Assembly: GCF_001194135.2 (NCBI RefSeq)
Contig: NC_069004.1
Location: forward strand, 22,350,092 to 22,414,091
Origin: Octopus bimaculoides
Lineage: Eukaryota
Length of the DNA: 64,000 bases
Direction of reading: 5' to 3'
Under the pieces are notes generated by a model, which saw only the letters and a list, made by a program, of their open reading frames with translations, made no database searches and was not told the origin of the DNA. Positions 22,893-35,585 of this stretch are shown piece after piece. Made by a program: the position numbers and the translations under genes. How positions within the stretch are numbered: the stretch's first letter is position 1; every line of letters begins with the position of its first letter.

Positions 22893-23255
22893 GAATAGGT
22901 GTAAAACAACTTGCTGCGAACGAATATGAAGAAAAAAACGCGCGCTCGCGAACGGGTGGTGGTGGAGATAGGCCTCGGAACATTCGCATCCTGAATGTTC
23001 CTAGACGCCTCACCGGAGCCAAGAAACAAAAGAAAAATAGTGTAATAGATGTAAAACGGCTCGCTCTGAACGAATATGAAAAAAAAAAAAAAAAAAATGC
23101 GCTCCCGCGAAAGGCGGAGTGGGGAGAGGACTCGGAACATTCACATCGCCACATCGTCATTCCATGGCCTCTGAATTATAGTGTTTGACCCGGTGACAAA
23201 GTTTAAAAAATAGTCTAATAGGTGTAAAACAACTTGCTGGGAACGAATATAAACA
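22893..23255. repeat. CpG-rich degenerate tandem module (3 copies)
   Basis: aatag(g/a)tgtaaaac...gaacgaatat at ~22893, ~23044 and ~23216. The first two continue cgcgc..ctcggaacattc. Confidence 0.75.
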
Positions 23256-23539
23256 TTAGGCAACGTCGTCCAAAATATACAAATGTATGGAGATTAGGAT
23301 TTTTAAAAATTATTTTTCCCCCTTCAAAATTTCAAGTTTTCCCAGAGTTTGGAACAATATTCACTCGATAGAAATTTGGAATACATCAGCACAATTGTTC
23401 CTGTTCTCTCACCATCATTACTAAATATTAGATAAGTCCCTAGCCTTATTAACGATAAAACAAAATATAGTTTGCATCCATATTCTTTCTTCATTATGAT
23501 TTTGGACAAGTTGGAAAAAATTTTCAGGCTGTATAGGTA

Positions 23540-25700
23540 AGATGCTTGCTTCCCAACTCTTGGAAATTCATTACCTGGTTAAAGATGAATTCAAGATGCT
23601 TTCTATCAGTTTTAAGTAAGAATTTTCTACTAAGTAAAAATGACAGCCATGTTTTGTGGTTCACACAATTGCTAAAGTTTTTCTTTCGATATTTTAATAA
23701 TTAGATTCAGCTGAAGTTAACCTTGTTTAAAATAACACTGGGTGGTTATTGTGTGATAAAATTCCTTATTTAGAATGCTCACTAACATTAGTTGTCAATG
23801 TTATGTCTTTATGGGTGTCAAATATCTTCACAGCAGGATTTTCAGCAAGTGCATATTTCAAATTCTCCAATGCCTTTTGCCAAGCATTTGACTTAGTAAA
23901 TTAGATATTTTTTTCTTGTGCAATTTGACAAATAGTTCAACCATTTCAGAATTTTTTGGTAACTATGAATTATGGAAATTTACCTATTCTAAAAATGATG
24001 CCAACTCATACTTATTAGCAGGAGAAAATACATATGGTACTTTTTGGATAAAATAAAAAATTGCACTTGTAGTGTCCATCCCAGCAGCAGTTTTAATGGT
24101 AGTAATTTGTTTGAAGTCATTATCTATTTGAATATGATGGAGTTTTGCAATAAATTTCATTGTAGCCAGCAAGTGAAAGGCACATTTGATATTAGGGATT
24201 GGACAAGAGTCCAAACAAATCTTGTGACTAGTGTCTACTTTAAAATCATTTCAGAAACACAGATCTGTCAGCTGGTATATATTCTAACAGTCCCTTAATT
24301 TGATAATTATTTGTAGAAAATATGCTTGTGGGTGCTGTTGCTATATAAGAAGCACCTGTACTGGTACCGTGTTAAATCATCCATGCTGTTACTGCGTAAA
24401 AGCACCCAGTACACTCTGTAAAATGGTTGGTATTAGGAAGGGCATCCAGCTGTAGAAACTGTATCAAAACAAACATGGAACCCAGGCAGCTCTTCAGCTG
24501 GTTGGCTTTTTCAAATCATCCAACCCATGCCAGCATGGAAAATGGATGTTAAATGTTGATGGTGATAAATTTCTGATATTCTATATTTGATACATATATT
24601 TTTTCTTTCAAATTAATACTGAGCTTATGATCTCTTTACATACCAGTATCTTCAACATCAGGCAAAATGGAGTTATCTTCTATTAATATTTAATGCATTA
24701 CTTTCTAACTACACTGTAACTTTTATCTGTTACTGATAGTGATGTGATTTTATATTGAATGCCTGTTTCTAGAGTACCTTAAAAGTTTTTGGTCTTAATT
24801 GTTGATATCAAATGAAGTTACTGATAGCATTAGTGAGGGTTGGGTGATCAATGAATAGTTGGGAATTACTTGATATTATTCAGTTTAACTGGAAAGTGTT
24901 TTTTTTTCCATCTTGTAGTATAAAATACATTTGGTTTAGTATTAGAGCTTTTATCATTCAATCTGTTTGAATATCCTTCACTTTTCTTTTTAAAGCTGCA
25001 AATTAATAAAAATAGTTCTTTTTGTTGCACAGTTATCTATTTCCTAATTGGATATTTCCCTTCAATAAATGCATGTTCAATACCTCAAAAATTGCATTTA
25101 GGAAATTTCCCTTTTTTGGCCAGATGATAAGTATCAGCAACTCTCATTTTAACTTTGAGAAATATCAACTTTTTTTATAAGATTTGCTATCGTTTCTTGC
25201 TGAATGATATTCATACAGGCATGAAGTAACATTTTCCTAACTGTGGCTGTTCTAATATTTCTTGATCTTTGCAATGTATGAGACATACCTTCAATGAGTC
25301 TCATTTCTACCAATTCCTCTTCAATACCTTGGTCAAGCTTATCAAATTCACAATATTTAATCTAGTCACAAAAACAATGTCTTTTAATGAGTTCAGAGAA
25401 CTGCTGAAACAGACATAAACCTGTTTTATTCTGCAATGACTGACTTTTTTTTTAGGTCTCACTATAGTCTCCCATATTTTGGTAAAACTCATCTTGTCCA
25501 GTTGTTTTCAATAGACCACGAATAACAACTTCAGTAAAGCTTTGTCATTTGTCCTCTATAAAAATTAATTTCTTTTCTTTTTCAGGCCACCATGTTTTAT
25601 AATCTTTCAATTGTTTTGTTTTGTTCTAATGTTGGCTGCAAAATTTCTTAACCATGCCTCAACAAGGTCAGGGTTGCTCAACACCAATTCAGATCCTGAC
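23540..25700 (-). mobile_element. Ty3/Gypsy LTR-retrotransposon relic (gag, RT, RNase H)
   Basis: Gag NPDLVEAWLRNFAA and YCEFDKLDQGIEEELVEMRLIEGM. RT HKICLDSCPIPNI, DFKQITTIKT and ELASFLE. RNase H LENLKYALAENPAVKIFDTHKDITLTT..ESNY*NIERKTLAIV..FLLKTD. Many stops and deletions; no LTR or integrase found. An RTE tail is nested at 24325-24570. Confidence 0.88.
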
Positions 25701-26418
25701 TTAAAAAGTTATATGCAAATACCACATTATTTTGTTAAACTGCATCAACTAAGATAGGATCTGAATCTAATAGTCCACCTTAAATGTACCTAATCATTTG
25801 CAAACATATAAAAAAATATGCACCAATATTAACATACCAATATACAGTGTTCACAATATACAATATTGAGTTCAAATTTTGGCACAGGGCCAGCAGTTTT
25901 GAGGGAGAGGGTAAGTTAACTCCAGTGTTCAACTGGTACTTAAGGATGAAAGGCAAAGTTGACCTTGGCAGAATTTGAACTCAACGTAAAGATAGATGAA
26001 ATGCTGCAGAGCATTTTGTCCAGTGTACAAATGATTTTGCCAGCTTGACAGTTTCTTCACAATGTACAATGTTGATAGTATTGGTTTCACAACTTGCCCA
26101 CTAATATCTTCACATTGATTAATGGAAATGTTCTTATGAAGTCTCCTTTAATTTTTATGGTTTCAACATGTGCATTTGTCACTTTACTAAGATTCATCTT
26201 GCCTTTACTGTCTCAGTTCTTAAACACTTGATTCAGAGGTTTCCAAACTTATTTTGGTGTAGAAACCATTATACAGTTTTCTAAAATTCAGAAACTGTAT
26301 CTACATTTTGTGAACCATCTCCATTTTCCTAATTTTGATTAGACATTAAATGAAACAAAAATTGTTTTAGAATGATAATTTATTCATTTAAAAAGAAAAC
26401 ATTATTAACTTTATTGTT

Positions 26419-26604
26419 ATACTTGGGGATGGTCATCTTTTTCTGATTAAACACATGCACTATTTATTTGATCTTCAGTTTAGCTTTATTCACAGTAAGT
26501 GTGACGAAAGAACTTTGACAAATAACTAGAAATCATAAGCCAAAGTGAAGAGCAAATAAATAGAGCATGTGTTTAATTAGCAAAAGATGACCATTCCTAA
26601 ATAT
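26419..26604. mobile_element. Palindromic MITE with ~60-bp TIRs
   Basis: Arms 26419-26477 and 26546-26604 (ggtcatctttt..attaaacacatgc.ctatttatttg.tcttca). Confidence 0.8.
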
Positions 26605-26853
26605 GACAGTATCTGTTTTAACACATGATTTCACATCAAGAATTTTGCAAAACAAATAAATAAACATAATTTGATAACTAACTTATTTTGAAAATGGTGA
26701 ATAGCATTTGCTTATGTAAAATAAGTTTTTATAAAATTTTATCAAAAAACATTCTATCTCATGGAACCTGAGGATTTTTTCCACAGAATGCTGGGGCTTG
26801 TAATAACCTACATTGAGAAAGACTGCCTTCATGTATACTTTGGTACTATTGTG

Positions 26854-26907
<54 letters not shown>

Positions 26908-27129
26908 TACAGGTGTGTGTGTGTGTGAAAGGACGACATTAAAATAATGATGGTGACCTATAGTATCATGGATTCTGATAGGGTACACAGAGTATTTCCA
27001 ATGAAATGCACAATCCAAATTTCTGGCTGTCTACACTTTTGCAAAGAGTCTTGAAGAAAATTGAAAGTCTGCTGGTGCAGAAAATCCAAGTACATCACCA
27101 GTGAGCATGTGTGTGTGTGTATGTGTATA

Positions 27130-27630
27130 CAGGGTGTCCCGGAATTAGCTATTTAAATGTAATTAAGTAAATTAGAAAAAACAACAATCAGAATTTTATG
27201 TTTATTATTTAATTATGACACCAAAACAAATAGATTTATAAATTTTATGTGAAAACTTTATTGAATATTTTCAACATGTGCTCAGTCTGTATCCCTGCAA
27301 ATTTCAAATCTACCCTAAGCACATTTTGAAACATTTTCAGGTGTTACCTCCTGCACTGTTAGCTGAATGCATTCTCTAAGTTCAGCTAAACTATTGTTCC
27401 ATCCTGGGGGTGAAGATAGAGAAAATGATTGCAGCCAAATCGGAAAAAAAGCTGTTGTGGACAGATAAGCAGGATCCAACAGGAATGGAAATAAATTTAT
27501 AAAAAGAATTATAAAATTTAAAATTTCTGCACTTTTAACATATATTAAACATGATAAACATAAATAAGAGAGATTAAAAAAAAAGTTTTCTGATTTCACT
27601 GAAATAGATAGTTAATTCTAGGACACCCTA
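27130..27630 (-). mobile_element. Internally deleted Tc1/mariner element
   Basis: TIR cagggtgtcc.ggaatta / taattctaggacaccct flanked by TA. Remnant of a transposase C-terminus, LAELRECIQLTVQEVTPE. Confidence 0.75.
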
Positions 27631-27699
27631 TATGTGTGTATATGTGTACATGTGTGTGTATATATGTATGTGTGTGTATAGATTATGTGTGTGTGTCTG

Positions 27700-27857
27700 T
27701 ATATGGACGCAGGCTGGGTGAAAACTGCGCGGTCGGCAGCTGCCAGAGAGAGAACGAGAAGGAAAGAAGCATCAGTTGTGGCGTGCAAGAGAGACGATTG
27801 CGCTGGTATGGACATGTGGTGAGAATGGAGGAGGATAGCTGCGTGAAAAAGTGCCAC
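27700..27857 (+). mobile_element. RTE RT C-terminal fragment
   Basis: ISCGVQERRLRWYGHVVRMEEDSCVKKCH. Confidence 0.85.
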
Positions 27858-27867
27858 NNNNNNNNNN

Positions 27868-27902
<35 letters not shown>

Positions 27903-28319
27903 ACAAATAATAAATGAGTATATGCATATATACGTACAAGTATGTGCATACCTACATCTACCTGTATATATAGGTGCATATCTGGGTACAGGACATTGCA
28001 AACAAAACATAGACAAAAAAATAATAATAACCAGAGTACAGAAAACACACGGGCCACAGAGAACATTTTCCTTCATCAGCTGCCCCCATTCTAACACAGG
28101 CGTTTCGAAGAGTTAGGGCAGGACGCATCGTTAAAATGGCTCTTCCCATGGACCACAAATTAAATTTGTATACACAAATTAAACTTGTACCATGGAGGAA
28201 TGTAGTGGCGAACAGAAAACAAGACAGGAAAACAAACGGAAAAGAAAACAAGACAGGAAAACAAATTGAAAAGGCTATACGGCCAGACGTGAAAAATTAT
28301 GTGTATATTGAACACTGTT

Positions 28320-28361
<42 letters not shown>

Positions 28362-28754
28362 TGCAGGAGTGGCTGTATGGTAAGAAGCTTGCTTCTCAAC
28401 CACATGGTTCCAGATTCAGTCCCACTGTGTGGCATCTTGGGCAAGTGTCTTCTGCTATAGCCTCAGGCCAACTAAAGCCTTGTGAGTGGATTTGCTAGAC
28501 GGAAACAGAAAGAAGCTTGTCGTATATATATATATATATGTGTGTATATGGTGTCCCCCCACCATCACCTGACAACTGATGTTGGTGTGTTTACATCCTC
28601 ATAACTTAGCGGTTCAGTCAAATGACTGAAACAAGTAAAAAAAAATATAATATATATAAGCCCTCCCCCCTGCAAAAATAAACCAGGTGGTGGTGTTAAA
28701 CCAGATGATGAATTAAGACTACCACTGAAGAACTCAGAATGCAAAAACCTGAAG

Positions 28755-29450
28755 AAATACTGCAAGGCATCTCAACTAATGCTTTAACATTTCTGCCAAT
28801 CCTCTATCTGAAAGGATGAAAGGCAAAGTTGGCCCCAGTGTGATTGGAATTAAAGTGCTGCTGGGACAAATACTGCAAGGCATCTCAACTAATGCTTTAA
28901 CATTTCTGCCAATCCTCNNNNNNNNNNNNNNNNNNNNNNNNNNNNNNNNNNNNNNNNNNNNNNNNNNNNNNNNNNNNNNNNNNNNNNNNNNNNNNNNNNN
29001 NNNNNNNNNNNNNNNNNNNNNNNNNNNNNNNNNNNNNNNNNNNNNNNNNNNNNNNNNNNNNNNNNNNNNNNNNNNNNNNNNNNNNNNNNNNNNNNNNNNN
29101 NNNNNNNNNNNNNNNNNNNNNNNNNNNNNNNNNNNNNNNNNNNNNNNNNNNNNNNNNNNNNNNNNNNNNNNNNNNNNNNNNNNNNNNNNNNNNNNNNNNN
29201 NNNNNNNNNNNNNNNNNNNNNNNNNNNNNNNNNNNNNNNNNNNNNNNNNNNNNNNNNNNNNNNNNNNNNNNNNNNNNNNNNNNNNNNNNNNNNNNNNNNN
29301 NNNNNNNNNNNNNNNGAAATACTGCAAGGCATCTCAACTAATGCTTTAACATTTCTGCCAATCCTCTATCTGAAAGGATGAAAGGCAAAGTTGGCCTCAG
29401 TGTGATTTGGAATTAAAGTGCTGCTGGGACAAATACTGCAAGGCATCTTC
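28755..29450. repeat. SINE-A-derived minisatellite, ~113-bp unit, spanning a gap
   Basis: Anchor aaatactgcaaggcatct at 28755, 28868, 29317 and 29431; units are nearly identical. Confidence 0.85.
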
Positions 29451-29661
29451 TATGGCTCTGAAGACTTTGCCAATTTGATGTCTATATATTTAGTTAACTG
29501 GTATATGTATATAGATTTCCTTTCGTGTATAGATAATTTACATGGATATCAATCATTTTCAATAGAAGAAAGTTTGTTTATATATAATCTCTTTGTGTAT
29601 AGATCACCTGTTATGTATCTACATAACCTAGGTGTATGTAAATGATATGCTGTGTATCTAA

Positions 29662-29870
29662 CCCTTTAGCATTTAAACTGGCCATATTTGGCCAAAATAT
29701 TCTCCCTGTTTTATTCAGCTAGATCTGGCCTCTCACAAATACTCTACAGTGTCATTTTAAAAATAAACAATTACATCATTGAAATCTCAAAGCTATGAGA
29801 TAGTGCATGATGAATTCAAAATAATGCAAATAAGCATTACATTTAACAAAGTAATCTGAATGCTAAAGGG
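29662..29870. mobile_element. piggyBac-type MITE
   Basis: TIR ccctttagcatt / aatgctaaaggg. 4-bp TSD ctaa/ctaa (TTAA variant). Confidence 0.82.
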
Positions 29871-30869
29871 CTAAATAATTTGGGTGTATATAGCTTATGT
29901 GCTGTGTATCTAAATAATCTGGGTGTATATAGATCAGCCATTGGCATACTGCAGCCAATGGGAATTCCTGAATGGCATCTAATGAAAAATTACCTTGAAT
30001 TTTTTTAGTGGTGTGGCCCACCTGAAGATGAAGTATACCTGACATAGCCCAGTTCTTGAAAAAGGATGCCCATGCCTTGTGTAAAAAAGGCAGATAGAGA
30101 TTATCTGCCTTGTAAAAAAATTATCTGTAGGTATATAGATCATTTGCAATGCATATATGTGTATTTGTGTATAGGTTGTCAGCCATGTATATAGATAATG
30201 TATATGTATAGATTATTTGCCTGTGTATGAATAATCTATGTATATAAATAATAATCTATAAATGATCTAGTTTATCTAATAGTTCCTTATTACTTTATTT
30301 ATGAGCTCATTAAACATTTCTTGACCAGGTTTTATTGAAATATATTGATTGAAATATATTGATAAAATATATTACCTCTGATTTCCAATTATTGTTTATT
30401 GTTATCTTTTATCTTTGCTTGTTTCAATCATTGGACTGGGGCTATGCTGGGGCACTGCCTTGAAGGATTTAGTCAAATAAATTGACATACTTTTTAAGTC
30501 TGGTACTTATTCTATCAGTTTCTTTTGTCTGCTAAGTTACAGTAACAAACAAAGCAACACTGGTTGTCAAGTGATTGTAGGGGGACAAACATAACACTAA
30601 TACACACAGATACATTTACACATATCATCATCATCTTCGTCATCATATTTAACATCAGTTTTCCATGTTGGTATGGGTTGGATGGTTTGACACGGAACTG
30701 TCCAGTTGGGCAGCTCTCCAGACTTCAATTGACTGGATGCCCTTCCGAACATCTGCCATTTTACAGAGATTGCTGGGTGCTTTTTACATGCCACCGGCAT
30801 GGGTGCAATTATGAGCACTGGCACAAGTGCATTTTATGTGGCGATGGCTTGTAAAGAACAAGCCTGTAT

Positions 30870-31630
30870 GTATGGATGACAGTGATTTTCACTTATCTTG
30901 GCTCGTCTTCTCAAAAACAGCAAATCGCCACAACTTCTGGTCCCTTGTCATTTCCTCAGTGAGGCTCAGCGACCAAAGATCCTTTCTCACCACTTCATCC
31001 CACGTCTTCCTGAGTCTACCCCTTCCATGGATTCCCTCCACAATTAGAACTCAGCACTTGTTTATGCAGCTGTCCTCATCCATGTTCATCACATGACCGA
31101 ACCAGCACAGTCTTCTCTCTTGCACACAACATCTGATGCCTCTTATGCCCAGTTTTCTTTCAAGCCTTCACAAGCCCTTTGTAGTCAAAACCCATGTTTC
31201 ACTGCCATATAGTTACCCACAAAGGTGAAAGTTCTCTGAGCTTTGCCGAGCCTGTTCTTGTTCTAGTAACTTTCAGATCTTCCTCCTCCATTGCTAACTT
31301 GGTCACCTAGGTAACAGAAGCTATCTAATACTAATGCATCCCCCTCAGAAGCATTGAGGGAGTCTATTTGTATATTTTTAGTGCTTATTGTAGCTGCACA
31401 TTTGCCACACACAAAGAAGACTATATTCTCTGTTAACCTTCCTGTGATACCACTACATCTCTTATGTATCCAAAACTTGCACTGGGTGCAATGTATGGAT
31501 TTTCTATCAACACCCTTCTTACATATTGAGTAGGGCCGTCTCCCTGAAGGGATTTGTGATTTGTCTGTTTTCCTACTTACTAGGATTTTGTTTTCTGCTA
31601 AATTAACTCTAAGACCCTTAGATTCCATGC
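30870..31630 (-). mobile_element. RTE LINE 3' coding fragment including a PHD-like Cys/His insert
   Basis: ESKGLRVNLAENKILV..YSICKKGV..CTQCKFWIHKRCSG..FVCGKC..LDSFCYLGDQVSNGGG. A similar decayed copy lies at ~37430-38103(-). Confidence 0.85.
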
Positions 31631-31855
31631 TTTGAGGATAGCTGCTGGAAGATCCTATTCTGAAGTTGTCTGGAAGCTGTGATTGAAGCCAATGGTAATT
31701 TTATTGAATAAATTTGCTCTTTAGTATTTCAAGATATATTTATGTAACTGGTAAATATATCTGTTAAAATGAAATGTCAGTGTTATTTTTATTTTTGCGT
31801 AATTTAGAAGACAGTTTATTCACCGCTCCCTATATATATACACATACATACATAC

Positions 31856-32016
31856 ATGAGGGGGTGCTGGGGAGGTTCTGGCTTTAAGAGTGTTGTAAAA
31901 GGCTTGGTTGAAGGTCCAAGTTTCAGAGTTTTTTTACAGAGCTTAGAAAAACTAATTAACCGATCCTCTTGTATTTTCTTTTACTCAAAGCCAGGAACTT
32001 TTCAGCACTCCCTTGT
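31856..32016. mobile_element. Mariner-type MITE (second copy at 50869-51080)
   Basis: TIR gagggggtgctgaaaagttcctggcttt / aaagccaggaacttttcagcacccccttgta. Confidence 0.8.
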
Positions 32017-32185
32017 GTGTGTGTGTATATGTTTCTTTATTGCCCACAGGGGCTAAAAATTGAGGGGACAAACAAGGACAGGCAACAGGATTAAGTCGAT
32101 TACATTGATCCCCAGTGCGTAACTGGTACTTATTTAATTGACTCCGAAAGGATGAAAGGCAAAGTCAACCTCGGCTGAATTTGAG

Positions 32186-32227
<42 letters not shown>

Positions 32228-32981
32228 TCATCATCGTTTAACGTCTGCTTTCCATGCTAGCAAGGGTTGGACGATTTGACTGAGGACTGGCGAACTAGAT
32301 GACTGCACCAGGCTCCAATCTGATCTGGCAGAGTTTCTACAGCTAGATGCCCTTCCTAACGCCAACCACTCCGAGAGTGTAGTGGGTGCTTTTGCGTGCC
32401 ACTGGCATGAGGGTCAGTCAGGCGCTACTGGCAACAGCCATGCTCAAGTGGTGTTATTTACGTGCCACCGGCACAAAAGCCAGACAGCTGCTCTGGCAAT
32501 GATCATGCTTGGACGGTGCTGTTAGCGCTTCACTGGCACGGGTGCTAGTTATNNNNNNNNNNNNNNNNNNNNNNNNNNNNNNNNNNNNNNNNNNNNNNNN
32601 NNNNNNNNNNNNNNNNNNNNNNNNNNNNNNNNNNNNNNNNNNNNNNNNNNNNNNNNNNNNNNNNNNNNNNNNNNNNNNNNNNNNNNNNNNNNNNNNNNNN
32701 NNNNNNNNNNNNNNNNNNNNNNNNNNNNNNNNNNNNNNNNNNNNNNNNNNNNNNNNNNNNNNNNNNNNNNNNNNNNNNNNNNNNNNNNNNNNNNNNNNNN
32801 NNNNNNNNNNNNNNNNNNNNNNNNNNNNNNNNNNNNNGCTCTTGTGTTCATAAAGAAGAAATTTTTTCATAATATACTTGCTACACACACACATTAGCTT
32901 GGTATGCTGTATATCATAAATACTACCTAGTTTGATCAACAATATTAAAACTGAATATTTTTAGGTTAGGCATTTATTATA

Positions 32982-33485
32982 CAGGGTGCCCCAAAAGTCA
33001 CTGATGAGTTTCAATTTTTAATAACTTCCTTAACTTTACAAATAAATGCATGAAATTTTGATACAATATAAAGGGCAGAATGGAAATAAATATGCATAAG
33101 ACAAATTTTGCAACACCACTACATCACATATAAAAAAATGACATTGCTTAAATGGCAGCCATTTTTGGTTTTGCATGCCTGTACTCTTTCCAAAACTTGC
33201 ATCATAACACCCTCAAAAATTTCACACCCCACTTCTCTGATTTCTCTATTGATGTTCTCCTTCAGTTGCACCAGGGTCTCCGGTTTGTTGACGTAAACTC
33301 TCTCTTTCAGGTATTTCCACAAGGGAAAAAACCCAGGCTAGTCAAGTCTAGGGAATGTGAAGGCCAGTTGTAGTGGGAGATTGTTCTCTCTCCAAAGCAC
33401 TGCTGTAGCAACTGCATTGTTTCTATTGCAGTATGAGCAGTTGCCCCATCTTGCTGGAACCATGTGTGAGGTCTACTTTGAATAG
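32982..33485 (-). mobile_element. Tc1/mariner-superfamily relic (rosa/DD41D-like C-terminus)
   Basis: TIR cagggtgccccaaaagtc after TA. WFQQDGATAHTA..NWPSHSLDLT..YLKERVYVNKPETLVQLKENI. A similar relic lies at ~50150-50590(+). Confidence 0.85.
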
Positions 33486-33544
33486 CACACACACACACAC
33501 ACACACACACACGAATATATATGTATATTCACACACACACACAA

Positions 33545-34280
33545 CAGAAGTAAATAGACACCCTTAAAATCGTTAAAATTTATTTTAATCAGAAATTATA
33601 CATTCAAATTATTTATTAATTGTTACAATGTGAATATTTAATATTTAGTAGACCTGCCCCTTGCATGGAAAAATGCAAGGACCCTACTAGGCATGTTAAT
33701 GATCAGATGATGAATATTCTCTTGTGAAATTTTTTGCCAAGTTTCATGCAATAATTTCAAACGATCTGACTTTGAAGATGCTTTCTTGTTCTTTATATGA
33801 AATGTCCTGTCCATTATGCCCCCGAGGTGTTCAATAGGGTTCATACCTGGTAACTGGCTTGGCCATGGAAGCTTTTTAATGCCATTCTTATCCAACAGAT
33901 CTTGGATCATTTTAGCTCTATCTTTAGCTCCATCATTTTAGCCCCATCTTCCATAAATAAAGAGTCTTCTTTAATCATTTCACCACTTGAAAAGATTGGA
34001 AGGGGTCCTTTCTGCAATATGGACATGTATTTATCTGAGTTTGCCTTCCTCACACTCCACCAGCTCTGATTGACCATATCTCCAAATTTCTCCCCAGACC
34101 ATCACAGAATAGCTGCCATGTTTCACTGTTGGCTGCAATCTTTTCACATCAAATTCTTGATCACAGAGTTTCCAGATCCACACTTGATGACTGTCAGAAA
34201 GTACAGCAAATCTAAACTCACTAGAGAATATGACTGTCCCAAAATGCAATGGGTGTCTATTTACTTCTGTCATGTCTGTA
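33545..34280 (-). mobile_element. Internally deleted Tc1 element
   Basis: TIR acagaagtaaatagacaccc at both ends. VIFSSEFRF..LQPTVKHGSYSVMVWG and LPWPSQLPGMNPIEHL. Confidence 0.9.
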
Positions 34281-35484
34281 TGTATAAGAGATTATTACTA
34301 CCTCATGTGGTTTTGTGTTCAACCTGCTACGTAACATTCTATATATCTGTATCCTATCTATGCAACTTTCAGTATATAAAACCAGAGGCATAAATGATTT
34401 GGTATCTGTTATGTTATGTATAAATATAAAATCTGGAGAAGTTAGTTGTAGGTTTGTATTAGTAAAAAAAAATATGAGAGAATAAAATTATTTTCTAGAA
34501 ATATAATTATATAGAAATAAAACTAGTGTATTAAGCCAGGTGAAAAAGGAAAAATTATCAACATTATTTCAGTCTCAGGCCTTTTTTTTTCAAGATAGAG
34601 GATAAATTGAGAAGAGTGAAAAATATTGTCCTTGTGTTGTTTCAATGAGCCTTTAGTGGTCATGAACACTGAAAGTGGCAGGTAGTGGGTGGGTGGGGGT
34701 TTATACAAGAGAAGAGTGGAGACGGACAGTGGGAAAATAATGGTCGGAATAACCAGCAACAGCAGGTAGTATTGACAAGTGTGTGAGAGCAGATGAGTAG
34801 AAGAGTTGAAAGGTGTATGTGTATGTTTGTAAGAAGTTGAAAGGAAAAAAATAAAGAGTTAGAGCGAAAATAATTGCTTGTTAATTCTAATGAGAGAGAA
34901 TGTCCCCAAAAGAAATGTCAGTTGTTCATGAGGGAGTTGGGTGCAAAGTGAGAACCCTGATGCTGGAGTTTCTATCGAAAGACAGAAAGGGTCAAAATTT
35001 AAGTGCTGAGTTGAAATGCTGTGCAACAGGGTTAACCATCAAGGCACTGACCAAGTTGGTATTTTATGCAAGAAATTATCTACTTGGAGGTACAAGTGAA
35101 ATGGTTTGCAATTTGGAAGGTAGACCCAAGACTGTTTTAGGTGATGATGTAATAGGTAAAATGACATATTAAGTTGTAAGTGGGAACAAGTGGCTGATTC
35201 ACATTGTTTCCACTCATGTCCTTCAAGGGTTTTAATTTCTTACATTTGCTTCAGCATTAATACCAGTCTGATATTTTATTGATTCTGTTTATCAAATGGC
35301 TTGGCTATTATTATAAGTTTTTTTTTAATGTAAAAAGATGCAAAATACTGTGCTGTTTTCTGTTCCACCCTTGCACATGTATGTGTGCATGTAGGAGGAT
35401 GCAGTTTATTTGAAATAGGTCGAAGAAGAATTTCATGTTTTAGAGAAAAAATTCAGTTTAAAAACATTTTGTTTTCTTTCTCAG

Positions 35485-35585
35485 ATGAAGGGAAAGCTCT
35501 AAATGGTGAATTGGCACAAGCAGTGGCGTGTCTGCCTTGCAGTGTTTATCTTGACTACTTTCATTCTTCTGGGATTAATAAATAA
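35485..35585 (+). CDS. Candidate terminal coding exon (DEGKALNGELAQAVACLPCSVYLDYFHSSGINK*)
   Basis: Strong acceptor ttttgttttctttctcag in unique non-TE sequence, with AATAAA at the stop and near 35858. An alternative frame gives a 28-aa ORF with a hydrophobic helix (MVNWHKQWRVCLAVFILTTFILLGLINK). No homology recognised. Confidence 0.3.

Noticed and set aside
23520-23560. 9-nt microexon with AG|GTAAGA donor
   Set aside because: The donor is the SINE-B head (ggtaaga.gcttgcttcccaac).
25586-25650. Acceptor followed by a perfect Kozak GCCACCATG
   Set aside because: Antisense to Gypsy gag, and the ORF closes after about 19 codons.
28060-28110. CTGATGA and GAAAC on the minus strand
   Set aside because: The order and pairing give no valid stem I or stem II.
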